Assembly (NCBI RefSeq): GCF_004010195.1
Contig: NC_057720.1
Location: 25,437,611-25,501,610 of the forward strand
From: Chiloscyllium plagiosum
Taxonomy: Eukaryota
Length of the DNA: 64,000 nt
Reading direction: 5' to 3'
The position numbers and the translations under genes were made by a program. The notes below the pieces were generated by a model. It was not told the origin of the DNA. It saw only the letters and a program-made list of their open reading frames with translations, and did no database searches. Below are positions 48,240-60,666 of the stretch, in pieces (within the stretch, counting starts at the first letter, position 1; each line of letters begins with the position of its first letter).

Positions 48240-50248
48240 ACCTTCAGAGTTCCCTATGCACTCTCATCCCACGTACTTCTCGCATAGGCTACTTCTACTG
48301 CCCTCTGAAGATACACAAAGCCAAAACACCAGGGCATCCCATCATATCAGGCAATGGGAGCCTGTGTGAGAACCTCCCTGGCTATGTCAAAGGCATCTTG
48401 AAACCCATTGTACAGGGGAACCCAGCTTCTGTCGTGACACTATGGATTTCTTACAGAAACATGAACCAATCAAATGGGGAACATTCCTTGTCACAATGCA
48501 CGTTTCAGCACTCTGCACCAGCATCCCCCACAGTGATGGCATTGTGGCAACAGCCTCAGTACTCAACACTAACAACTGCCAATCTCCAAGCGCCGTCATA
48601 CAACTCATCCGCTTTATCCTCGATCACAATGTCTTCATCTTTGACAACCAGTTCTTCATCCAGACACATGGAACAGCTATGGGGACCAGATTTGCACCCC
48701 AATATGCCAACATCTTCAGGCACAGGTTTGAACAAGACTTCTTCTCTACGCAGGACCTCCAACCAACACTATACACCAGGTACATTGATGACATTTTCTT
48801 CCTCTGGATCCATGGCAAGGAGTCACTGATAAAACTACACAGTGACATCAACAAGTTTCATCCCACCATCAAACTCACCATGGACTACTCTTGACTATCT
48901 GTCTCATTCTTGGACATGTGCATCTCCATCAAGGATGGGCACCTCAGCACCACACTCTACCGCAAACCCACAGATAACCTCACAATGATACACTTCTCCA
49001 GCTTCCACTCAAAACATATTTTAAAAACTATCCCTTATTGATAAGTCCTACGCATGCACTGGATCTGTTCAGATGAGGAGAAATGTGGCAGGGATGCCCT
49101 CATAAGAATGGGGTACGATGCTCAACTCATCCACCGCCAGTTTCGACATGCCACAGCAAGGAACCGTAATGACCTCCTCAGAAGACAGACATGTGCTGCA
49201 ACCGACAGGGTACCCTTCGTTGTTCAGTACTTCCCAGGAGCTGAAAAACCACCTCATGTTCTCCACGGCCTGCAACACATTATCAATGAGGATGAGCACT
49301 TTGCCAAGACCTTCCCCACATCTCCACTGTTCACCTTTAAACAACCACCAAACCTCAAACAGATTATTGTTCATAGCAAACTTCCTGGCTTTCAAAACAA
49401 CTCCATACAACCCTGTCACGGTAGACACTGCAAGACGTGTCAGAGTATGGACATGGATGCAACCATTACACGTGGGGACACCTCCCACCATGTACGTGGC
49501 AAGGACTCAAGTGACTCAGCCAACGTTGTCTATCTCATAGGCTGCAGACAAGGATGCCCTGAGGCATGATACATTGGTGAAACCGAGCAGAGGCTACACT
49601 CTCTCTCAGACACTCACAACCCCCCCCCAACATACACACACAAACCCACATTCACACATACACATATACGTTTGAATTTGTACTTTCAGAGTTACATTGT
49701 ACTTTGCTCAAAAACTGCATGATTCAATGTACATGCCACTCTCTCTCAGACACTCACAACCCCCCCCCAACATACACACACAAACCCACATTCACACATA
49801 CACATATACGTTTGAATTTGTACTTTCAGAGTTACATTGTACTTTGCTCAAAAACTGCATGATTCAATGTAAGATTCTGTTAATTCATTTTTTTAGATTA
49901 GAATCAGTCTAAACACTCTGGCACAGACAGCAGCACACGGGGGTTAACACATTATCTGAGCTGACACCAATTGTTAAAGTTAACCTGAGAATGTAACTTT
50001 TAAAAAAGGGTTTGTGATTTACATATGAAAGAAGTGAAACTAACATGGTCATTCTAACAGATGAGAGACTTAAGGTATCAGGCATTTTTCAATGTATAAT
50101 TTTAGTTACATCACACTGTAAACTTTTGCTATAAATTCTGTCTTACAATTGTGTACTCCACAACCCCCGATGAAGAAGCAGTACTCCGAAAGCTAGTGCT
50201 TCCAATTAAACCTGTTGGACTATAACCTGGTGTTGTGTGATTTTTAAC
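48240..50248 (+). mobile_element. Penelope-like element family B, 5'-truncated, degenerate RT + GIY-YIG + pLTR
   Basis: YCPLKIHK..GHPIISG; ALCTSIPH; GTAMGTRFAPQYANIF; YTRYIDDIF; NVVYLIGC..YIGETEQRL; terminal degenerate hammerhead at ~50165-50198. Confidence 0.92.
49597..49871 (+). repeat. Identical 135-bp tandem duplication with 5-bp spacer
   Basis: 49597-49731 equals 49737-49871; spacer CATGC. Confidence 0.95.
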
Positions 50249-52281
50249 TACATTAAACTTCATAGTGATAACAGTTCTTGAAATACAGAAATGTGTCAAA
50301 GCTGAATACCAAATCAAAAACAGAACAAGTTAATGATATATTTAATAGATTCCATAGCTGATGTTGTTATAAATCACTAGGAATTAAAAGGAATTAAAGA
50401 CAATTTTGATTATGTTTCTAAAAGCTTTCAACAATAACTTTGACTTAAGGGCAAATAGAATTCTTAAATGGACAGGAAGTCTAGTATCCAGGAGAATCAT
50501 AGACAATTCCCTGACTGACTTCTATAGATTAATTGAAATCTGTGAACGTAGCCCTTTGCAATCAGAATTCACGAGAGACAGAATTGTAGGATTTTTTGAT
50601 CAGTATTTTGTCAGGTCCATTATAGTCCAAAGAAGATTTATGTTTGGAGAAAGATATTCAAAGCAGATTAGAAGCAGAGACCAGGAAAAATCACAGACAA
50701 GTCCTGAAAGGAGATGAACAAACTTGTTCCTGTTGTGTAACAGGACCTATTAACTTCATGAGGTCCAAACATTGTAGACAGGTACCTTGTAGGCCAACAC
50801 ATAAGGTAGGCAAACTTCATATAGTAAGTGTCTGTGTCAGCATTTTTAAACACAAAAGCCTCACAGGCAAAAGCATTGTCCAGCTGTGATAAAAGAGTGT
50901 TCCATCTGTTAAAAAAAAGGTCACTTCCAAAGTCTGACTTCACTGTGAAGAAGTGTGAAGCAGTTTTCTGAATAAGAAATACTGATAAAGAGTTCTGTAC
51001 AATAGATCACCCTCCTCCTTTGGAAGACATACCGCATTTGAAGATATATATTAATTGCAGGAAACGTTTGAGGTGTTCATGAGGAGATAGGATATCTGTC
51101 ACACTCAAGTATGACTGAACTTATTTACATCAATGGATAACTTACCCAATTTAAACTTGATATAAAGTGAGTGTCATTGCCTTATCCCACTCAAACACAT
51201 GATGTTACAGCTGGAGATAGGCAGGTGCTGGTGGAATATTCTTCAAGATTAATGGAATATTATGGATGTCAAAATAAAGAATCCTGGACATTTGAGAATG
51301 TGTACTTCATCCAGAATGAACAAAGCTCACTCTTGAATAAACAATGTGTTTTGCCCTCAATGTTCTGAAATTCATTGGTGTAAGTCAACCACTTCATAAA
51401 ACAAACTACCATTGACCAACCCAAGAAAACACAATCAATGGAAAACTTTATAAGCCTTCCAAGATTAATAGTTTAACCTGAGAAGATATTTTGGCCAGTA
51501 GGGAAATCAATTAAATAGATTTAAATCATAGGATCAGTATGGAAGAAACTGTAGGTTTCACTGGGCTACAAGACATGCTTTCCATTCCTATTACCATTCA
51601 AGAAACCTCAGAGGATAACTATCAGCAGGACCTGAGACAACAGCCAAATACTGCAATTGAATTGAAGTGATATAATTAATCTGAAATCAATGGTGAACTT
51701 TTATTTGAACAAATGCTGACAACACAGCAGATTGCTACACGTTGTTGGTGGGGGAGTGTGGTGACACGGAACAGTCAATACCACTGGCAACGTTGCTGCA
51801 AAAATAATCCACGACACTAGGCAAAAGAACACAAGAACATTGAACAACATGTGCAACCAAATATGACTGAACTTATTCACATCAATGGATACCTTACCCA
51901 TTTTAAACTTTTCCAACATTTACAATCTCTTGGGAGAGATCAAAAATGTGTCCAGTACACTTACAAAATATGAAATTACTTCTTTCATCAGCAGAATTAT
52001 TTTCCATTATGGAGCATTGAAGGAAACTATTTTCATGAAGATATGGTAATGAACCACGAACAATATCAGCATCAATGGTCAACTAAGTACTCAATGTAAG
52101 CTATTTGTGAGATAAAGGATCTTCCAGAAGAGATATAAATGAATGATCAACATCAAGCTAAACTATCCACAAGCTAAAGACCAACTGATCTCCCAAGTCT
52201 AAACAAATGTGCCTTTAAAAGAACTGTGAAACATCCACACTGTTTGAATTTCCCTTCAGACTGTCTGATTTTATGAGTTGG

Positions 52282-52466
52282 AGATGCTGGTGTTGGACTG
52301 GGGTGTAAAAAGTTAAATATCACACAACACCAGGTTATAGTCCAACAGATTTAATTGGAAGTACTAGCTTTTGGAGCACTGCTCCTTCATCAGGTGGTTG
52401 TGGCTCCGAAAGTTAGTGCTTCCAATTAAACCTGTTGGACTATAACCTGGTGTTGTGTTATTTTTG
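52282..52466. mobile_element. Head-to-head PLE family B palindrome
   Basis: CACAACACCAGGTTATAGTCCAACAG..GCTCCTTCATCAGGTG..GCTCCGAAAG..CTGTTGGACTATAACCTGGTGTTGTG. Confidence 0.88.
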
Positions 52467-52716
52467 AATTTGTGAAGTCAGAGACTTGGAAGGAGGAAGG
52501 GTAGGTGTGAACTAATTATATATATGATTGCAAAGTTTGATAACTAAGAGTAATAAAAACCTTGGGGAGTATGAAAGTTGTATAAAGTAATAAAATGAGT
52601 TACCATTTGAGCTGTTTTCCACACAGTGTGACCATTTCACAAGAATGGGGAAACTGTGGACTCTGATATGTATCTCCCCTGTACTTTGTTAGATCTATCA
52701 ACAGGTTAATGCAACC

Positions 52717-52940
52717 TATATAGCAAATCCTCTGTGTCCAAGTTCATGACTGGCAAATTTGCATATCTGTGCCAAAAAGTAAGTAGCAAAATAATTTAAT
52801 ATCTGAGGGAAAAGTTATGTATCTATGATTTTTATTGTATTTTTAGCCTGTATTTTTAATGGGCTCTGCACGTGCAAATTTCATCATTTGTGGGTGTTCT
52901 CAGGAACAGAACCCTCATGCATCTTGAGGAATAACTGTAT
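52717..52940. mobile_element. Possible degenerate Tigger/MER2-like MITE
   Basis: Ends GGAACAGAACCCTCATGCATCTTGAGGAATAACTGTA, resembling Tigger termini; left TIR degraded. Confidence 0.35.
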
Positions 52941-52959
52941 CTAGTTAATTGCTATTTTA

Positions 52960-55480
52960 TTATAACTCCACCAGGGCCTCTGATCTTATTGTAGCCTTGG
53001 TTCAAACATGGACAAAAGAGCTGAATTCCTGGCAGCTTCTGGTGGGTCCTGGCCTGGTCTCTCGGTGGTATGTCGGCTGGTTTCTCAGTGGCTCATTGTG
53101 ATGTCTCAGCTTGACATGTGAGTGGATCCCACCTGGGAATGTTCCTGAGGCACTGGGGAAGATAGGAGAGACGGCGGTTTCAGCAGCAAAAACGGTATCT
53201 GCAGTATCGTCGTTGAGAACAGACAGCAGAGTGAGGTTAACAGAAGACTCTTCAAAGACTGTTGAACTTTTAACATATTCTTTTATTTTCCTAGTTTAAA
53301 CTACAAAATACTTTAATGTAATCTATTACTTATGTCTGTACTTTTCTACTATTCTATGAAGTAATACAGGTGCACAATCCTTTATCCGAAATCCTTGAGA
53401 CCAGTTGTTTTTCAGAATTCAGAAGTTTTTGGATATTGGAATAAGTGACATTTTCACAGTGAAATGAAAAAAATTACCTAACAGTAGACACATGTGTGAA
53501 TAGAATGAGCAATGAGACACTATTGATGCCTGCCAGTGTGGGGTCACGCCACCACATCACATCTGAGTGACGTGGTTCGAGTTGGTGTAGAGTTGGGTCA
53601 CCTGTTCGCACACCAAAATGACATTCCACAGTCCACGGAAAAAAATTGGCTTTCAGAATTTCAGATAAAGGATTGTGTATCTGTACTTAACTTTTTAACT
53701 CTTGACTCTCTCATCACCTTATATCTAAACTTTTTATACCTGGGTACCTCTCAATACTTAAGGTGGCATAATGTGTGGTGACATTATACACTTTTCACTG
53801 CACTCCTACACTTCTGTACTTGAGCACATGTGACAATAAAATCTAAAAATCGAAATCTAAATCTGAATTCCAGAGGCAGGATGAGAATGACAGCCCTTGA
53901 CATCAAGGTCACATTCGACCAAGTGTGGCATCAAGGAACCCTTGCAAGCTCTCAGTAGGTTGGAGTCGTACCTGGCACATAGGAAGATGGCTGTGGTTGT
54001 TGGAGATCAGTCACCAAAGCTCCAGAATATTACTGCAGGAGTGCCTCAGGGTAGTGTCCTCGACCCAACTATCTTCAGCTGCTTAATCAGTGATCTTCCT
54101 TCCATCATAATGTCACAAGTGGGGATGTTTGCCAATGATTACACCATGTTCAGCACCATTCACAAGACTTAGTTACTGAAGCAGTTCATGCTCAAATGCA
54201 ACAAGATCTGGGGAATATCCAAGTTTGGACTGACAAATGACCAATAATATTTGCATCACAAAATTCCCAGGCAATTACCATCTCCAATGAGAGACAATCT
54301 AACTGCCGCCTCTTGACTTTCAATGGTGCTGCCATCACTGAATACCCCCACTATCAAAATCTTGGAGGTTACCATTGGCCGGAAACTGAACTGGACTTGC
54401 CATATAAATAGAATGGTTACAAGAGTAGGTCAGAGGTTAGGAATACTGTGGCAAGCAACTCACCCCCTTACTCCCCACAGCCTGTCTACCATCTACAAGT
54501 CACAAGTCAGGAGTGTGATGGAATACTCCCCACTTGCCTAGATGGTGCAGCTGCAACAACAATCTAGATGCTTGAAGCCATCCAGGGCAAAGCAACTGCT
54601 TGATTGGTCCCACATCCACAAGTGTCCACTTCCACCACCACTGATGTTCAGTTGCAGCATTTACAAGTTGCACTGTAAAAATTTACTAAAGATCCTTAGG
54701 CAGCACTTGTCCACTTGACCATAAGACATAGGAGCAGAAATTAGGCTATTCAGCCCATCGAGTTTGCTCCACCATTCAATCATGGCTGATAGGTTTCTCA
54801 ACCCCATTCTCCTGCTTTCTCCCTGCATCTATTGATCCCCTTGAGACTCAAGAACCTATCTATCTCGGTTCTTAAATATACTCAATGACCTGGCCTCTAC
54901 AGCCTTCTGTGGCAATGAATTCCATAGATTCACCATTCTCTGGCTGAAGAAGTTTCTCCTTATCTCCGTTCTAAAAGGTCTTTCCTTTACTTTAATGATG
55001 TGGCCTCGGGTCCTAGTCTCTCCTAATGGAAACATCTTTCCAAAATCTACTCTGTCCAGGCCATTAAGTATTCTGTATGTTTCACTTAGCTTCCCCCCTC
55101 ATCCTTGTAAACTCCAGTGAGCATAGACCCAGAATCCTCAAACATTCCTCATATGTTAAGCTTTTCATTCCTATGAACATTCTCAACCATCACCTTTACC
55201 TAGAAAGACAGGAACAGCATATACTTGGAAGCACCACCAACTGTAAGTTCCCTGTCAAGCCACTCACCATCCTGACTTAGAAATATGCCATTGTTCCTAT
55301 ACTGTCACTGGGTCGATCTCCTGGAATTCCCTCCATAATAACATTGTCGGTCTATTTACAGCACATGGACAGCAGTGGTTTAGGAAGGCAGTCCGACACT
55401 CCCTTCATAAGGGAACTAGGGACGGGCAATAAATGCTGGCCAGCCAGCAATGCCTATGTCCCACGAGTGAATGAAAAAAT
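52960..55480 (+). mobile_element. CR1/L2-group LINE RT to tail, interrupted by a Rex1-tailed element (~53030-53864) and a CR1 3' end (~54718-55185, -)
   Basis: ITAGVPQGSVLDPTIFSCLISDLPSII..MFANDYTMF and STIYKSQVRSVMEYSPLA; CTGAATTCC occurs on both sides of the 53030-53864 insert. Confidence 0.85.
53367..53683. mobile_element. Tc1/pogo (Tigger-type) MITE, 317 bp
   Basis: TIR CAGGTGCACAATCCTTTATCCGAAAT vs reverse-complement CAGATACACAATCCTTTATCTGAAAT (23/26); TA on both sides. Confidence 0.88.
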
Positions 55481-55774
55481 AGGCAAAATAAACTATATTT
55501 TGTTGTGAAAAACAAGTACCTCTTTTGCTGGGATTTATTTGTGGTCCACCTGATTCAGAGACTAGTAAAACAGCTCCTGAGACTGGCATTGAAGGAGGAG
55601 GTGTGTCAGCACTCTACCACAGCCCAGGGTCACTAATGGTTTGTCTCCACATATTATAACATAATATAACAAGGAGGGGAAGTTGGATTGTCAACATACG
55701 AGTGGGAATAGGACCAAAGAGCATGCTGTTAGTCTCGTGAATAAACTGAGCTCAGATGGGACCTCAAGGGAGCT

Positions 55775-56120
55775 AGAAAGAAAATGGAGAAAGATAGGGT
55801 GAACAGTCAAGGTCATTATCCCAGGGTAAGGGAGTCCAAAACTAGAGGGCATAGGTTTAAGATGAAAGGGACAAGATATAAAAGGGACCTTGATGGGCAA
55901 AATGTTCACACAGACAGTGGTGCATGTATGGAATTAGGAAGCAATGGAGATGGGTACAATTACAAGATTTAAAAGGCATCTGGGTGGATACATGAGTTGG
56001 AAGGGTTTAAAGGCCCTGGGCCAAATGCAGGCAAATGCGACTAGGTCAGTTTTGGATATCTGATGGGTGCGGATGAGTTGGACTGAAAGGTCTGTTTCTG
56101 TGTTGTACAACTCCATGATT
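55775..56120 (+). mobile_element. CR1 3' end
   Basis: DRVNSQGHYPRVRESKTRGHRFKMKG; tail TGTGTTGTACAACTCCATGATTC. Confidence 0.85.
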
Positions 56121-57255
56121 CAATAACTTTAAGATATGAGGGCAGGGCAGGGCCTTAGAAGAAGTTAGATGTCTAGTTTCCAGGCGAAGGGAGGATACAA
56201 GTAGAGTTAGCTAACATGATGGTCTCAGTCTTAGTGGAATAAAAAGTTCATGAGTTCTTTGATCCTGTTGGAAGTGAAATATATCACACATCTGGTTGCT
56301 GTGCTCATGTGCATATTTCTCTCCTTCAGTTCTTGCAGTAAAATGAAGGGACTGAGAGGAAGGTTTGTCAGTTGTCTGTGTGCTGATGAGCTGGAAGTCA
56401 AATCAGCATGCAGCAGAATATCTAACAGGCTGGGTTAATGGAGCACAGAGCATCAGGAACCTGAAACATTTAATAATGCTTCCTCTCATCTGTAGAATTC
56501 AGCCATGCAAAAATACAAAACAGCCAAGCAGAAAATGAAGCTAATCACAGACAGTGCAATGGAGATTGGTGAACTGTGACTAATGTAATAAGTGGTGTTG
56601 GATGAAATGTACTATACATTTTGAGCATTTCTGTCCCATTTTATGTTCTGACAGGGGAAAATGATAACTACGAGATCACATTTACCTTTTTTCTAAGTGT
56701 CTTCCCTTTCTCCATGTTTCCCCCTCCTGCACCATACCAAAAAGAGAGGACAGGTAAGCTACCTATCAGTTACTGACACTATGGACCAGATCTAGTCAGC
56801 TTCAAATTTTCTCCTCATTCTTTGGGGCCATGTATTTCCTCTATGTGGCATTTCCCTTGACAACCCATTGAAGAATGAAGAATAGTCTTTTATTCTGCAC
56901 TGCATCAGCACACTATACTTAATGACCAGTTTACTGATCTCAAAGGAATTGAATCATAATATCTTACAGCTCAGGGACAGAACATTCAGCCCTTCATTTC
57001 CATGTTGCTGTTTATCACACCATGCACTGCCTACTTTAATTGCAGTTCTCATTTTCTTGAATTGTGTTCTTTTTTCAAACCACTGCAGTTTCCTGTTTGA
57101 TGCTGTTTTATGTGTTTACATATGTTAGATCACAAAATATGTCACAAATAATCATTTTCAGATATCTTGAAGCTTATTTATGATACTAATTATTTACAAG
57201 ACTGTTACTGTACACATGTTGTGATGCTATGTAACTGGCTTAGATGTATAGGTCT

Positions 57256-57388
57256 AGGCAAAAGTGAGGACTGCAGATGCTGGAGATCAGAGTCGAGATC
57301 AGAGTGGTGCTGGAAAAGCACAGCAGGTCAGGCAGCATCTGAGGAGCAGGAAAATCGATGTTTTGGGCAAAAGCCCTTCATCAGGAAT
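57256..57388 (-). mobile_element. PLE family A terminus with degenerate hammerhead
   Basis: Minus strand ATTC CTGATGA A GGGC TTTT GCCC AAA ACAT C GATT; flanked by repeated TGTATAGGTCT. Confidence 0.88.
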
Positions 57389-58279
57389 CTAGGTGTATAG
57401 GTCTGTCTGGTCTGGAATCTATGGACTAATGTAACACCCTTTAAGCAAGTTTATCAATTCTGTAATAGCAATAAGTTGTGAGAGAATTCCACATTTTCAT
57501 GACACTTTATGTAAGTATCTTGTTCTAAATTCCCCTTTAGGTTGTTTGCTAATGATCTAAAATATGTAGCACTTTGTATCACCAACTGCAGCAGTAGAAA
57601 TTATTATTTATCTTGACTTTTCATAAAGTTGAGAACCCCTTAACATTCTTTATATTTTAGCTCTGCTCTGAAAAGTCCTATATTCTTGAGCTTAAAGTGT
57701 GTTGTTTTCGGTGGCAGAGTGAGTTACTCATCATTTATACACTTCCTGCAGCTATGTATATTTGCTCTGATTTACAAGTAGATTCCATTAAAGCTGGAAC
57801 AATTACTGGGCACTAAAACTCATTATTATGTGCTTTTGCACGGCAAATAATAACCAGGCTGTGTTCAGCTAATATACCACAACTGTTGATTTTATTCTAG
57901 TGATGCTTCTAGATTGTGGCTTAGCACCAGAAATATAAGAAAAGATTACTCTAACTATTCAAAAATAAATGTTTCTATAATGTTAGGTCACGTATATCCA
58001 ATGAATCAACTCAGCATGACTCATGAACTACACACACAGCCTCTTCTTTCAAGGAGATGAGTAAGTGGTTCAGGATGAAATTCAAGATTGCAGTATAAGC
58101 ACAGATCAAGTATGTGCTATGGGTCACTGGAACTAGAGCATTCTCATTCTTGAAATTTAACTGGTCAAAGTCAAATAACCTGCCTTGGAGTATTGGATAG
58201 ACATCCAGGAGTTTTGCTCAATAGCCTTAGGTGTTTTGGAATGCTTTGTAGAAAATTACCATGCTGGACTTAAATGGCC

Positions 58280-58655
58280 ATTTCTCATTCAAATGCATCA
58301 GGACCCTCACATACAACCTCAGCAGCGACAGAACTGAACATTGCTTTGTCATCATTGCCCAGGAACTCTGCTGCTATGACATTGACATTGTTGCTCTGAG
58401 TGAGACACAATGAGCGAGTGAAGATCAGCTCAAAGAACAAGGTTGCACTTTCTTCTGGAAGGGTAAATCTGAGACAGAATGCTGACTCCTTTGGCTTTTG
58501 CCATAATGAATAAACTAGTTGACCATTTCACTGAGATAAATGCATCATGATCTTCAGCTTAACTGAACCTGGGGAAGCAGTACACCACAGTTATCAATGC
58601 ATGTGCCCCAATCCGAGAAACAATGGATGAGGCCAAAGAAATTTTCTATTTGGGC
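58280..58655 (+). mobile_element. RTE-clade LINE endonuclease relic
   Basis: RTLIYNLSSDRTE..IIAQELCCYDIDIVALSET..EDQLKEQGCTFFWKGK. Confidence 0.75.
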
Positions 58656-58683
58656 CTTGTTCTGTTGCTGTTATAAATTCTGT

Positions 58684-58872
58684 TAGATTCCCTAAAGTGT
58701 GGAAGCAGGCTATTCAGCCCATTGAGTCCACACAGATGCTCAGCAGAGCATCCCACTAAGACCCTACCCCACTACTCCATTCCTGTAGCCCTGCATTTCC
58801 CATGACTAATCCATCTAGCCTGCACATCCCTGGGCACTATGGGCAATTTCTCATGGCCAATCCACCTAACCT
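58684..58872 (-). mobile_element. HE1-like SINE 3' fragment
   Basis: TTAGATTCCCTAAAGTGTGGAAGCAGGC..CTAGCCTGCACATC. Confidence 0.75.
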
Positions 58873-58874
58873 AA

Positions 58875-59226
58875 AAGCTGGAGTTCTCTCTGTTGCCAGA
58901 ATTACATGTGATACAATCTGCTTTACTGAATTTACCTTTGCCAAGATTGTGGTTATGGGATGTTACTATATTGGAATAATTACTGCTTAGTAGTTAAATA
59001 ATTTATTATTCTGTAAAGTTTTCCAGTGGAGATAAAGTTATTCCAATTGATATTTTTTACATTTGTGTTTTAACTGTAGGGTGAGAATGAAGTGTGTTTT
59101 GCTCAAAGCTGAGTAGTGTAACCAATCGAATTACATCTGGAACACAGTGCCTTTAAATAAGGTAACAGCTGGAGTCTAGGCTATCTCCTTGATATATTTG
59201 AGGAGGTTTTGGTCTGGTCCATTACA
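58875..59226 (+). mobile_element. LTR fragment related to 5297-5894
   Basis: GAATTTACCTTTGCCAAG..TGTGGTTATG and terminal GGCTATCTCCTT..TTTGAGG..CTGGTCCATTACA are shared. Confidence 0.65.
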
Positions 59227-59229
59227 CTA

Positions 59230-59885
59230 ACCACTTCTTTTAAGAACTGTTATGAAGTCCATTATGTCTCAAGGACCTGAAAGTCTGCAACACCAACATT
59301 TCCTCAGTACCACTTCCCTTGTGGTTTTGATTTCCTTGTGTTTGTCCAGTCCTTCCATTTCCTGATTAAAACATGTTATTTTCATCCTCTACGTGAAGGC
59401 GAATGCAGACTGCCAGTTCAGTTCATCTGTCATTTCCTTATTTTCGATGAATAATTTCTAAGACTCACCTTATATGGACTAAGGCTTATGTTGTAAAATC
59501 TTAGTTGTTAAATATTTATAGAAACTCTTAGTAGCTGTTTTATACATCTAGCTAGCTTTCTATTTTATACTTTTTTTTATTCTTTGCTAATTCTTTGATT
59601 TTTCAAAATATATTCTGTCCAATCTTCTGATCTGCATTCTAGCTTTGCATAATTATATGCTTTTTCTTTAAACTTAATACCATCTTGAACTGGTGGGTCC
59701 TCCGTTTGGAAATTTTCTTTCTCATTCGAATGAGTCTGTTCTGGGTGATTTGAGATCTCTCCATAATGTTTCTCAATGCGTGCATGCTCAAGGCCTATCT
59801 CTTAGCCTGGTTTTCCAGTTCACTTTGGCTAGCTCTGCTTCCTTGCCTTCATAATCATTCTTATTTAAGTTTAAAATACTGGATC
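59230..59885 (-). mobile_element. CR1 ORF2 relic
   Basis: Degenerate CR1-like sequence (tcaaggacctgaaagtc = reverse-complement PGP motif; ctagctttc; taatttaagttt-like blocks). Confidence 0.45.
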
Positions 59886-60666
59886 AACATCAGAGAACAG
59901 GCAGGGACACAGGTTAATATCTCATCTGAAATGTGTTGCTTCAATGCTGCTGCACTGTCTCTATCTTACATTAAAGGGTTCCCTAGTTTATATTCTTAAT
60001 TCTTTGACTGGGGAGCTTTATATAAGCAACAAGAGTGTGATCACAGAGTAAACACTGACATTGTGGTTATTTTCTTACAACATGTGCTTAAGTTTTTTAA
60101 TATAAATCTACTTATCGCACTTTCACTTAAAGTGTTTTTTTTTGTACTCTGTCCCTTTGTTTGACATTTCATATTTGTTTTCTGCAGCAATTTGATAGTC
60201 CTGGGGTGCTCTTTGCCTTTTGGGATGCCACTCATCTTTTTTTGTTGGGTTCTTATGGGGAGATCAGTTAAGGCAATGTTCGATACCTTCAGTCAAAATT
60301 ATCCTGAAGCACATAGTCAACTTCATGAAAGAGGAATATCATTTCGGGAGTGCTGTTGGAGTCTCCCACATCATGGAAGTACTGGATTCTTTTCATTACT
60401 TGGAGATGGACAGCTTAACTATCAGAAATCTTAATCCCTGATGGACAGGTGTAAGAGGATAATCAAATCAAATCAAATCAAATCAGTATTATATTTGTGG
60501 AAATGATCTAAATTATTCAGATTTCACATTTCATTTTCCAACTTCTAAGTATTTTGCATTATTTTGTGTCTTTTTCATCTTTGCAATTTAATTGATTTGA
60601 TATCGGCTGTTTGACGAATTACTTGTCAGTCAATTGTAACTTAGGTAAATGGGGAGTTAAAGTGTT

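Larger units (their letters stand above)
48090..52570 (+). mobile_element. Decayed Gypsy retrotransposon (gag-pro-pol-int) split by PLE insertions
   Basis: gag ATG at 48179 resumes at ~50250 (FLKYRNVSKLNTKSKTEQVN; IDNSLTDFYRLIEICE..LQSEFTRDRIVG). Protease-like ING..TQFKLD at ~51130; integrase-like NYPQA at ~52160; PPT-like TTGGGGAG at ~52562. Confidence 0.7.

Noticed and set aside
48442..49569. RT ORFs as an active retroelement or telomerase gene
   Set aside because: Frameshifts, stops, 5' truncation and a deleted GIY-YIG end; the motifs are PLE-type
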